In this document: piece after piece, positions 39,303 to 47,613 of the stretch
How the letters are laid out: the number at the start of each line of letters is the position of its first letter
How positions within the stretch are numbered: position 1 is the stretch's first letter
NCBI GenBank assembly: GCA_964444465.1
Contig: CAYUGZ010000004.1
Location: 1-57,167, forward strand
Direction of reading: 5' to 3'
DNA: 57,167 bases
Source: Candidatus Woesearchaeota archaeon
Lineage (GTDB): Archaea > Nanobdellota > Nanobdellia > SCGC-AAA011-G17 > JACPNG01
Position numbers and translations under genes: made by a program
Notes under the pieces: generated by a model
Databases searched by the model: none
The model's input: the letters and a program-made list of their open reading frames with translations, nothing else
What the model was told of the DNA's origin: nothing

Positions 39303-39488
39303 TTAGATACTTTTTCTTTTTGTTCTTTGTTTTTGCCAAGCATACTTTCTTAGTTTTGAAGAATTACCAAATCCACAAGAACTACATTTCTTTTTTCTTA
39401 TATGATAACTAGCTTTTCCACACCTTCTACATCTAATAAAATTCTTTTTACCAGACTTTTTACCCATGGAGGGTGTTCCTTTTGTCAT
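39303..39488 (-). CDS. rpl37e: ribosomal protein L37e
   Basis: [38 protein letters not shown] zinc ribbon. Confidence 0.9.
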   Translation of the reverse strand: MTKGTPSMGKKSGKKNFIRCRRCGKASYHIRKKKCSSCGFGNSSKLRKYAWQKQRTKRKSI

Positions 39489-39489
39489 T

Positions 39490-39717
39490 TTATTCAGAAG
39501 GAGATATTAAGATTATTGTGTCACCTCTAATAAAAGTTAACCCCAATTTTCTTTTTAATTCACCATTTTCATATTCTTCAGCATTCTCTAAAACTGTGTT
39601 GATATGAATATCAAATGATTTTAAATTACCTCTAATTTGTTTTTGATTCTTTAATTCTAGTAATACTCTTTTCCCTCTAGCATTGTTTAATGCATCTAAC
39701 GGTCTTTCTGGATCCAT
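39490..39717 (-). CDS. Sm-like (LSm/SmAP) protein
   Basis: [43 protein letters not shown]...IRGDTIILI. The internal ATG at 39717 is chosen to avoid overlap with rps8e. Confidence 0.85.
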   Translation of the reverse strand: MDPERPLDALNNARGKRVLLELKNQKQIRGNLKSFDIHINTVLENAEEYENGELKRKLGLTFIRGDTIILISPSE

Positions 39718-39789
39718 GTAATTTTCCTGTTTAAAGCGTTTAAAAACCTTTCTAAAAACATTTATAAATTGTAAATTTGGAGATGTTCT

Positions 39790-40173
39790 ATGGCAATTAC
39801 ACATTCAAGACCAACTAAGAAAGTTAGTGGTGGGAAATATCAAAAGTATAGAAAGAAAAGAAAATATGAAAAAGGAAATTCTCCAACACATACTAAAGTA
39901 GGGGATAGAAGATCTTCTAAGATAAGAGTTAGAAGTAAAAACTTTAAGTTTAGAATTTTAAGTGATAATCTAGTTAATGTATATGATCCTAAAACAAAAA
40001 AATATTCTAAATTAAAAATTAAAACTATAGTGGAAACTCCTGCTAATAGACATTTTGTTAGAAGAAATATTATGACTAAAGGTACAATAATAGAAACTGA
40101 AAAAGGAAAAGCTAAAGTAACAAATAGACCAGGTCAAGAGAATATAATCAATGCTATTTTAGTTGGAAAATAA
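39790..40173 (+). CDS. rps8e: ribosomal protein S8e
   Basis: SGGKYQKYRKKRKYEKG and an S8e-like C-terminus. Confidence 0.9.
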   Translation: MAITHSRPTKKVSGGKYQKYRKKRKYEKGNSPTHTKVGDRRSSKIRVRSKNFKFRILSDNLVNVYDPKTKKYSKLKIKTIVETPANRHFVRRNIMTKGTIIETEKGKAKVTNRPGQENIINAILVGK

Positions 40174-40175
40174 TT

Positions 40176-40658
40176 TTACGTTAATAATTTTTTAAGTCCT
40201 TTAAATGGAGCTTTGATTAAATAACTTGTTGCTTTTAATGCCTTTTTACCAACAGATCTTCCTACTTTAAATGTTAAATATCCTAATCCTACATATAATG
40301 CAACTCCACTTGCAAAACCTAATGTAATTCCTAATGCTGCTGAAGGAAGTGCCAAACCTGTAGCGATACTAGATGTATTAACAAGACTTGCAACAGTTGG
40401 TGCTACAAGATTGTAAGTAGATGCAGCTAATCCATAATACAAATTATGCAATCCAATTGCAGCATCAGCTGTAGTAGATAAAGCAGTTCCAACACTAGAT
40501 CCTACTGAAGATAAAGAAGAACTGTAAAGTGTATTTTCTAATCCAGAAGCCATATTATTGATACGATCAAAATTAGTTAAAACTGTAGCAGCTCCTCCAG
40601 TTACTAAAAGATCATCTAATCCAAATTTATAATTTAAAGCTTTATTTAACCATGTCAT
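40176..40658 (-). CDS. Ala/Gly/Ser/Thr-rich membrane-associated hypothetical protein
   Basis: 160 aa with C-terminal TM ALGITLGFASGVALYVGLGYLTF. Composition is atypical for this genome. Confidence 0.45.
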   Translation of the reverse strand: MTWLNKALNYKFGLDDLLVTGGAATVLTNFDRINNMASGLENTLYSSSLSSVGSSVGTALSTTADAAIGLHNLYYGLAASTYNLVAPTVASLVNTSSIATGLALPSAALGITLGFASGVALYVGLGYLTFKVGRSVGKKALKATSYLIKAPFKGLKKLLT

Positions 40659-40662
40659 TTTA

Positions 40663-41061
40663 TTATTTTAATTTTCCTGAACTCATTAATTCTGTAATAT
40701 CCTCCGCTGATCTATTTGGATTTTTTATTAAATCTGAAGTAGTTCTATGAACGTCTCCCCAAATTTTCTCTGCTTCTCTAACTAAAGCTCCAATTTCAGC
40801 AACCTTAGCTTGAGTTCCTTTACCTTTTAATCTTGCATCCATTCCTAACTCTAATGCTTTCATTCTTTCATTAGAATTTCTTGCTGTTCTAAGAGCTAAT
40901 CCTGCAATATTTGGTTCTTTTTCTTCTAGAGGATCTTTAGTAGAAGCTAATTCAGCTCTTTTATTATCTAACGATCTATTGTACTCTATCTTATTTAATA
41001 TACCATAACCTAAAGCAAAAACTACTCCTAAAGCAGCTGCACCATAAACATATCTCTTCAT
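40663..41061 (-). CDS. N-terminally anchored hypothetical protein
   Basis: 132 aa with TM YVYGAAALGVVFALGYGIL. Sits 4 nt upstream of the previous ORF. Confidence 0.45.
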   Translation of the reverse strand: MKRYVYGAAALGVVFALGYGILNKIEYNRSLDNKRAELASTKDPLEEKEPNIAGLALRTARNSNERMKALELGMDARLKGKGTQAKVAEIGALVREAEKIWGDVHRTTSDLIKNPNRSAEDITELMSSGKLK

Positions 41062-41231
41062 TTTTTACCTCCAAATATTAATATTAAACCATTTCATTAT
41101 ATATAAATCTTTCTATCTGTTACTACTATGAAATAACACCCTAAATAAGAATATTTAAATATAATCGATAGATTTATAAATGATTGATGCACATATTTTT
41201 TAAAGGTTATTATAATTTTGGGGGTCATACA

Positions 41232-42143
41232 ATGGCTAGTTATATAAAAAAATGCCCTGAGTGTGGGAGCATAAATTTAAATCACCACAAAGATAAAGGT
41301 GAGATCATTTGTAGAGATTGTGGTTTAGTTCTAGAAGAAAAAATGGTTGATTTTGAGCAAGAATGGAGAGAATTTGACTCAGAACAAGCAGAAAGAGTAA
41401 GAAGAACAGGAGCTCCTTCAACTTGGACAAAGTTTGATAAAGGACTAGGAACAGATATTGGACAAAAAGGAGATATATATAAATTAGAATCAAAAGGAAG
41501 AAATAAATTCTTCAGATTAAGAAAATGGCAATATAGAGTTTCTACAGCTATTGAAAGAAACTTAAAATTAGCTTTAGCTGAGCTTAAGAGAGTAGCTTCT
41601 TACTTAAAACTTCCAAAAAGTGTTGAAGAAGAAGCAGCTAGAATTTATACTTTGGCTGTTCAAAGAGGATTAGTAAGAGGAAGATCAATGGAAAGTGTAG
41701 TTGCAGGGGCATTATATGCTGCTTGTAGAAGACATGAAGTTCCTAGGACTCTAGATGAATTAAGTGAAGCTTCTGGAATAGATAAAAAAGAAATTGGAAG
41801 AACTTATAGATTTGTAACAAGAGAATTAGGAATAAGAATACTTCCAAGCAATCCAGTTGATTATATTCCAAGATTTGCTAGTGCTTTAAGATTAAATCCA
41901 GACACTCAAAGTAAAGCTGTTGAGATTTTAGAAAAAGCTCAAAATTCTGAGTTAACCTCTGGAAGAGGGCCAACAGGAATAGCTGCTGCTTCATTATATG
42001 TTGCTGCTTTAATAAATAATGAAAAGAAAACACAAAGAGAAGTAGCAGACGTAGCTGGAGTAACAGAAGTTACAATAAGAAATAGATACAAAGAATTATT
42101 AAAAAAATTAAAATTAAAAGATCAAATTAAAAAGAAAGAATAA
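41232..42143 (+). CDS. tfb: transcription initiation factor IIB (TFB)
   Basis: Zn ribbon CPECGS...CRDCG, B-reader and two cyclin folds. An ATG at 41232 preceded by ggggt is preferred over the track start 41184. Confidence 0.9.
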   Translation: MASYIKKCPECGSINLNHHKDKGEIICRDCGLVLEEKMVDFEQEWREFDSEQAERVRRTGAPSTWTKFDKGLGTDIGQKGDIYKLESKGRNKFFRLRKWQYRVSTAIERNLKLALAELKRVASYLKLPKSVEEEAARIYTLAVQRGLVRGRSMESVVAGALYAACRRHEVPRTLDELSEASGIDKKEIGRTYRFVTRELGIRILPSNPVDYIPRFASALRLNPDTQSKAVEILEKAQNSELTSGRGPTGIAAASLYVAALINNEKKTQREVADVAGVTEVTIRNRYKELLKKLKLKDQIKKKE

Positions 42144-42177
42144 CTTTTTAAATAATATTTCTTTTTTTATTTTTATA

Positions 42178-43005
42178 ATGTATAAAGAGAGGGTTATTGA
42201 GACTTTTAAGAATTTAGAATTTCTTTTATTTGTTCCAGATCTAATCTTATTAATATTTACATTTTTATCAGGATTTGTATTTGTTAAGTATAGTGGCGTA
42301 TTAAATCTTTTAACTAATGCAAATAAATTAGCTAGTTCTTTGAGAGTAGCTGATTCAATTGAAGCATTAGCACCAATCTTTACTAGTTTTGTACAAAAAG
42401 ATGTTTTAATAGTATTAATCTATTTATCAATATTTTTTATAGGGGGTTTTGTATTAGGTTCAGGATTGTTAGCTATGAAATTTGGAATGATGAAGGAAGT
42501 AGTAGAGAATAAAAAATTAAGCTTTAAAAAAATGTATGGGTATAGTATGAATTATTTTTGGGAGGTAGTTTGGTTGAGATTAACTATTTTTTTGATTTCT
42601 TTAAGTGTAATAGTCTCATTTGCTGTATTAGTTGGATTGAATGCATTAAACTCTTTTTATCAAGAAACTTTTTTCATATTAATCTCAATATTATTTTTAT
42701 TAACATTAATCTTTCTTAGATTTTTATTATTATTTAGATATCCTGCCTTATTTTTTGATAGAAAAAATTCAACACAAACAATAAAAAGATTATATGATTA
42801 TTTTTTAAAAAATTATAAACATATAATCTTAACTTGGTTAGTAATTTTTGGATTTGGATTATCAATTGTATTGTTAGATCTTTCATTAAATAAGATTACT
42901 ACTGTTAATCTAATAGTTGTATTGATCGCAATAAGATATGTAGTAAATCTAGTATATAATGTATGGAGTGATTTATTTTTATTTTATAATTATAAATTAG
43001 AGTGA
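42178..43005 (+). CDS. polytopic membrane protein, hypothetical
   Basis: About 6 hydrophobic segments. Confidence 0.45.
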   Translation: MYKERVIETFKNLEFLLFVPDLILLIFTFLSGFVFVKYSGVLNLLTNANKLASSLRVADSIEALAPIFTSFVQKDVLIVLIYLSIFFIGGFVLGSGLLAMKFGMMKEVVENKKLSFKKMYGYSMNYFWEVVWLRLTIFLISLSVIVSFAVLVGLNALNSFYQETFFILISILFLLTLIFLRFLLLFRYPALFFDRKNSTQTIKRLYDYFLKNYKHIILTWLVIFGFGLSIVLLDLSLNKITTVNLIVVLIAIRYVVNLVYNVWSDLFLFYNYKLE

Positions 43006-43887
43006 AACTCTTAGAAAATCTTTTGCTATTTCAACATTCTTAAATATCATAAATGATTCTTTTTTTAATTCATTTAAATCTTTATATCTTTGACTAAAAT
43101 GTGTTAAAATTAATTTTTTAACATTGTTTTTTTTAGCTATTAAAGCAGCTTGTTTTGTTGTCAAATGTTTGTATAATTTAGCCTTTTCTTCTAATTCATC
43201 TTTATAGGTTGCTTCTGTAATCATTAAATCAGAATTTTTAACTAATTTTTGTATGTTTGGACACAAACCTGTATCTGTTATGAATGTTATTTTTTTACCT
43301 TCTTTTATTTTTGTAGCTTGAGAAACTTTAATTTTTTTCTTTTCCCAAGTAATATCTTTTCCTTGTTGCAATTTTTTTAATATAGGGTGAGATTTTAATC
43401 CAAATTTTTTTAGGTAGTTCATATTAATCTTTCTTTTATCTTTCTCTATAAATGAATATCCTAAACAAGGTATAACATGATTTAATTTTAATGCTTCTAA
43501 TTTGAAATCTTCATTTTCAAAAAAATCTTTTTTATTAATCTCTTTTATTGTATAATCTATGCCTATTTTATAATTGAAACCTTTAAACATATTTTCAAAA
43601 TATTTTTTTGATCCTTTAGGACCATAGATCTCTAAAACATTGTGATAATGATGTTTTTCTAAACTTTGTATCAACCCAGGCAATCCCAAAACATGGTCTC
43701 CATGCCAATGGCTTATCAAAACTTTGGTAACTTTAGTTATAGGAATTTTAGCTATTCTAAACTGTTTTTGAGTTCCTTCCCCACAGTCAACTAATATTCC
43801 TTCATTTTTATAACATAACAAAGTAGCAGAATGATTTCTATCTTCAGTTGGAATCATTGATCCAGTTCCTAAGAATATAAGCTCCAT
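42997..43887 (-). CDS. rnz: ribonuclease Z
   Basis: Metallo-beta-lactamase motif ISHWHGDHVLGLPGL; 296 aa. Confidence 0.85.
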   Translation of the reverse strand: MELIFLGTGSMIPTEDRNHSATLLCYKNEGILVDCGEGTQKQFRIAKIPITKVTKVLISHWHGDHVLGLPGLIQSLEKHHYHNVLEIYGPKGSKKYFENMFKGFNYKIGIDYTIKEINKKDFFENEDFKLEALKLNHVIPCLGYSFIEKDKRKINMNYLKKFGLKSHPILKKLQQGKDITWEKKKIKVSQATKIKEGKKITFITDTGLCPNIQKLVKNSDLMITEATYKDELEEKAKLYKHLTTKQAALIAKKNNVKKLILTHFSQRYKDLNELKKESFMIFKNVEIAKDFLRVSL

Positions 43888-43936
43888 AACATCATTAATA
43901 ATAAGCTTTTTAAATAGTTTTTTATTAAGAGAGATT

Positions 43937-44488
43937 ATGGCAACTAAAGAAAAAAACCAAAGGACTAAGAAGGTAAAAGCTGTATTTTCAAGAGAAAAAA
44001 TAATAGCTGAAGATACAAGTGAATCTAGAAGTCTCTATGATCAAAGTAGATTTGGAGAATTACAAGAAGGAAAGTTCTACTATTCTTTAGTTGAGGGATT
44101 ATATTTAATAGAAAAGAAAAAATTAGAAGCTATAGATAGTAAAAAAAAGAAATTAAAAGTTGATGATTTCATCAAAAAAGCTAGAAAGATAGAATCTAAT
44201 TTTTGGATAAGATATATTGTATTTAGAGACATGAGGGATAGAGGTTATATCATAAAAACAGCATTAAAATTTGGTGCTGATTTTAGAGTTTATGATAGAG
44301 GTGTTAAACCAGGACAAGATCATGCCAAATGGATTCTTTATCCAATACATGAAGCTACAACTTTAACATGGTATGAATTTTCAGCTAAAAATAGAGTTGC
44401 TCATAGCACAAAAAAAAATTTATTGATAGGTATTGTAGATGACGAAAATGATGTAACCTACTATAATGTTTCTTGGACTCGTCCTTAA
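43937..44488 (+). CDS. endA: tRNA-splicing endonuclease
   Basis: FRVYDRGVKPGQDHAKWILY and NRVAHSTKKNLLIG catalytic-domain pattern. Confidence 0.85.
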   Translation: MATKEKNQRTKKVKAVFSREKIIAEDTSESRSLYDQSRFGELQEGKFYYSLVEGLYLIEKKKLEAIDSKKKKLKVDDFIKKARKIESNFWIRYIVFRDMRDRGYIIKTALKFGADFRVYDRGVKPGQDHAKWILYPIHEATTLTWYEFSAKNRVAHSTKKNLLIGIVDDENDVTYYNVSWTRP

Positions 44489-44542
44489 TCAGTATGATGC
44501 ATTTTGATAAACTATTTATAACCTTGATTTCTATAAAAAAGA

Positions 44543-45424
44543 ATGAATGATGTCAGAAGTAAAGTTTTAAGTATAGTTCAGATGAATGGCCCAATACTGC
44601 CAGTAAAGATCTCTAAAGTCATAAATCAAAATATATTATTTACTTCTGCTATTTTATCTGAATTGATAGATCGAAAACAAGTATTATTATCTAAAGCTAA
44701 AGTTGGTGGAAGTCCTGTTTATTATATTAAAGGGCAAGAAGAAAGATTACAAATGTTATATGAATATTTAGAAAATGCATTAAAAAAAACTTATAATATC
44801 TTAAAAGAAAAAAAAATTTTGAAAGATTCTAAGTGTGAACCATGGCAAAGGGTAGCATTAAGAGAGATGAAAGACTTCGCTGTTCAAATTGAGGATAATA
44901 ACGAATTATTCTGGAGATGGTATCTAACAAAAGAAGAAGATGCTAAACAAATTATAGAAGATTTAAAACCTAAAGAAAAGATAGATCTAAAGAAAGAAAT
45001 TAAAGTAGAAGTTAAAGAAGAGAGAGTAGAAGAAAAGCCAAAAAAAGAAGTTAAAGAATTAGTTAAAGAAAAACCTAATGTAGAAAAACCAAAAATAAAA
45101 AAAACTAATAAAAAATCAGATCCTGAAATCTTAAATAAAATTCAAAATTATTTTAATCAAAATAATATAAAAATAAATCAAGAAGAGGTAATAAAAAGGA
45201 ATAAAGAATTTAATTATAGTTTAGAAGTAGATAGTGTTGTAGGAAAAGTAACATTTTTTTGTAAAATAAAAATAAAAAAGAGAGTTAGTGATGGAGATTT
45301 AAGTTTAGCTATGAATGAAGCTAAGGGTAAACAATCTTTATTTTTAAGTGAAGGTGATTTAACAAAAAAGGCTACAGAATTCTTAGAAAAAGAAAAAGGG
45401 AATATAATTTTTAAAAAATTATGA
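44543..45424 (+). CDS. hypothetical protein with N-terminal winged helix and Lys/Glu-rich linker
   Basis: VLSIVQMNGPILPVKISKVINQNILFTSAILSELIDRKQV. Confidence 0.4.
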   Translation: MNDVRSKVLSIVQMNGPILPVKISKVINQNILFTSAILSELIDRKQVLLSKAKVGGSPVYYIKGQEERLQMLYEYLENALKKTYNILKEKKILKDSKCEPWQRVALREMKDFAVQIEDNNELFWRWYLTKEEDAKQIIEDLKPKEKIDLKKEIKVEVKEERVEEKPKKEVKELVKEKPNVEKPKIKKTNKKSDPEILNKIQNYFNQNNIKINQEEVIKRNKEFNYSLEVDSVVGKVTFFCKIKIKKRVSDGDLSLAMNEAKGKQSLFLSEGDLTKKATEFLEKEKGNIIFKKL

Positions 45425-45458
45425 AAAGGTTTATAAATACTCTATCAAAGATAAATTT

Positions 45459-45653
45459 ATGGGTAGAATAAAGACTAAGTTGATCAAAAGAACAGTAAAA
45501 AAATTGATTAATGAACATAGGGAGAAATTCACTGATAAATTTGACGATAACAAAAAATCAGTAGTAGAATTATTAGAAGTAGAATCTAAAAAACTTAGAA
45601 ATATTGTAGCAGGATATTTAACTAAATTAAAAAAGAGAGAAAAAGAAATTTAA
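45459..45653 (+). CDS. rps17e: ribosomal protein S17e
   Basis: MGRIKTKLIKRTVKKLINEHREKFTDKFDDNKK. Confidence 0.85.
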   Translation: MGRIKTKLIKRTVKKLINEHREKFTDKFDDNKKSVVELLEVESKKLRNIVAGYLTKLKKREKEI

Positions 45654-45668
45654 TTGGGGGGATAAAAA

Positions 45669-45959
45669 ATGGCAGAGTCAACAGATGACCATACTGTTTT
45701 TATTGGGAACAAACCATTTATGAACTATGTTACTGGTGTAGTAATGCAGTTTACAACACAAGGGGCAAGTGAAGTAATCATCAAGTCTAGGGGTAAATTT
45801 ATTAGTAGGGCTGTAGATGTAGCAGAAGTGGCTGCAAAGAGATTTCTTGAAGGAAATGTATTAGTAAAAGATATAACAATAAATAGTGAAGAATTTGATA
45901 ATAAAGAAGGAAAAAAAGTAAGAGTAAGTAGTATAGAGATCACATTAGGAAAGAAATAA
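45669..45959 (+). CDS. albA: Alba DNA/RNA-binding protein
   Basis: [19 protein letters not shown]...[19 protein letters not shown]. Confidence 0.85.
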   Translation: MAESTDDHTVFIGNKPFMNYVTGVVMQFTTQGASEVIIKSRGKFISRAVDVAEVAAKRFLEGNVLVKDITINSEEFDNKEGKKVRVSSIEITLGKK

Positions 45960-46031
45960 ATCTAGATTGTTAATTAAGTATGGAAGAACACCATAATTCT
46001 TTAGTTTTAAATAATAATATAATAATTAATA

Positions 46032-46188
46032 AAATCAAAGTCTTTATATATCTCATATGTGTATTAGTTATGTATTGTATGTATGCAAGATGTACATAAT
46101 CTAATAGATACTAAAGACAAATGAAATCAAAGTCTTTATATATCTCATATGTGTATTAGTTGTGTATTGTATGTATGCAAGATGTACA
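46032..46188 (+). repeat. two 65-bp direct repeats (46032..46096 and 46124..46188, 1 mismatch), each carrying a BRE/TATA-like caaagtctttatatatc
   Basis: Aligned by eye with an offset of 92 nt. The only difference is a at 46070 versus g at 46162. Confidence 0.85.
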
Positions 46189-46209
46189 ATCAGGTAGAGG
46201 GGTGCAAAT

Positions 46210-46380
46210 GTGGCTATAAGAAAGAGAGTTCAAGTCTCTTTTACAGAAAGACAGTGGCAACTTGTTGAAAAACTTAGAGGGGAATTAGGTGAAGGAGATG
46301 CAGATATAGTTAGAAATATCGTTCTTCTTTGGTTAAATGAAAAATCATTTGTATCAACATCAGCTAAAAATAAAAAATAA
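46210..46380 (+). CDS. ribbon-helix-helix (CopG/Arc-like) protein, GTG start, not in ORF track
   Basis: Translation (V)AIRKRVQVSFTERQWQLVEKLRGELGEGDADIVRNIVLLWLNEKSFVSTSAKNKK has a beta strand then two helices. gaggggtg lies upstream. The stop TAA abuts the next ATG. Confidence 0.6.
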   Translation: MAIRKRVQVSFTERQWQLVEKLRGELGEGDADIVRNIVLLWLNEKSFVSTSAKNKK

Positions 46381-46602
46381 ATGGGGGTTAAAATGGCATA
46401 CACAAGAACAGCATTTTTTGAAAATGGGGAAAAATTTGAGATAGAATATCCAGAAGATAAGGACATGAAAGCAGCTGAGTCAGCTATAGAAGAGGAAAGA
46501 AGAAGAAATCTCGAAAGAAAGAAACAAATGGATAATATTATTGAAGGAATGGATAAAATTATTTCCAATTTAGCTTCAATGAAAAAAGAATTAGAGATAT
46601 AA
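46381..46602 (+). CDS. hypothetical coiled-coil small protein, coupled to the RHH gene
   Basis: 73-aa ORF. Preferred over the antisense ORF 46230..46568. Confidence 0.45.
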   Translation: MGVKMAYTRTAFFENGEKFEIEYPEDKDMKAAESAIEEERRRNLERKKQMDNIIEGMDKIISNLASMKKELEI

Positions 46603-46658
46603 TATTCAATTAACTATTCATTTATTGCATCTTTAGTATTAACTAAGTTAGAATAACT

Positions 46659-46732
46659 TGCCTCTGGGCGGATTTGAACCGCCGATATCCAGCTCATGAG
46701 ACTGGCGTTCTACCGGGCTAAACTACAGAGGC
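46659..46732 (-). tRNA. tRNA with CAT anticodon (elongator Met or Ile2)
   Basis: Reverse complement gcctctgtagtttagcccggtaga...ggttcaaatccgcccagaggca. Anticodon arm ccagt/ctCATga/gctgg. Confidence 0.88.
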
Positions 46733-46752
46733 ATAATACAAAAAGAATTAAT

Positions 46753-47166
46753 TTATTTTAAAAGACTTTTGATTTTAGAAGCTATTTCTTGAGATTCTTT
46801 TTCATTGAAATCTTTCTTATTTAAAATAAAAGAATGCCCATCACCTTTAAATCTAGGAATTAAATGTACATGTGTGTGAAATATAACTTGTCCAGCAACT
46901 TCATTAATATTAGAATGAATATTCATTCCATCCGCATTAGTTGCTTTCATAATAACATTCCCAACTTTTTTTATGATTAAACTAAGTTTTTTCAAAGCTT
47001 TATCTTTATCTTCTAAAAAATTTTTAGAGTGTCTTTTAGGAATGATTAATGTATGACCTTTGTTAATTGGAAATTTATCTAAAAAAGCAATTATAGATTC
47101 ATCTTCATAAACAATATCTGAAGAAACTTCTTTACTTACAATCTTACAAAATAAACAATCTTTCAT
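46753..47166 (-). CDS. HIT-family nucleotide hydrolase
   Basis: Histidine triad HTHVHLIP and N-terminal CLFCKI. Confidence 0.9.
   Translation of the reverse strand: MKDCLFCKIVSKEVSSDIVYEDESIIAFLDKFPINKGHTLIIPKRHSKNFLEDKDKALKKLSLIIKKVGNVIMKATNADGMNIHSNINEVAGQVIFHTHVHLIPRFKGDGHSFILNKKDFNEKESQEIASKIKSLLK
46754..46770 (-). promoter_or_regulatory. BRE/TATA promoter of tRNA-CAT
   Basis: Minus strand reads aaaagtc-ttttaaaata, centred about 27 nt upstream of the tRNA 5' end. Confidence 0.5.
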
Positions 47167-47171
47167 TTTAA

Positions 47172-47245
47172 TTGGACCATCGAGATTCTAACTCAATATA
47201 CTCACATTGCCAATGTGATGATCTACCAAGCTGAGCTACTAGCAC
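47172..47245 (-). tRNA. tRNA-like element (Ala-GGC-like body) whose acceptor strands do not pair; possible pseudo or hybrid tRNA
   Basis: Reverse complement is gtgctag-ta-gctcagcttggtagatc-a-tcaca-ttGGCaa-tgtga-gtata-ttgag-ttagaat-ctcga-tggtcca-a. The D, anticodon and T arms are good. The 5' gtgctag cannot pair with the 3' tggtcca. Confidence 0.4.
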
Positions 47246-47310
47246 TTTATATATTTTATTAAAAAATTAATCTCAAAAAACATTATAAATAATAAGATAT
47301 TTCATTTGAG

Positions 47311-47613
47311 ATGGTTAGAAAAATAGTTAAGACATTGTTAGATAAAACAGAAATAGATGAAAAAATAATTGGTGCGTCAGGGAAAGTAAAAAAAGAGATA
47401 AGAAAACACATAATCACAGCAGTATTGGCTGCATTTGGATTTTTAATAGCTTTATCTTGGAGAGACGCAATACAAGCTGTCATTAATGATCTATTATTTA
47501 AGTTTAATTTAACTCAAGAGAGTTATATCTTTAAGTTTGTTGCAGCTATCATAATAACAATATTTTCTGTAGCGGGAATAATATTCTTTGCTAAGTTCGA
47601 AGAAAAAGATTGA
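47311..47613 (+). CDS. small membrane protein
   Basis: Two hydrophobic segments (ITAVLAAFGFLIAL and FVAAIIITIFSVAGIIFF). Confidence 0.45.
   Translation: MVRKIVKTLLDKTEIDEKIIGASGKVKKEIRKHIITAVLAAFGFLIALSWRDAIQAVINDLLFKFNLTQESYIFKFVAAIIITIFSVAGIIFFAKFEEKD

Noticed and set aside
46230-46568. 112-aa minus-strand ORF
   Set aside because: It is antisense to the RHH gene and the 73-aa ORF. Its sequence is Ser/Leu/Phe-rich shadow sequence, and the plus-strand reading gives a clean RHH fold pattern.
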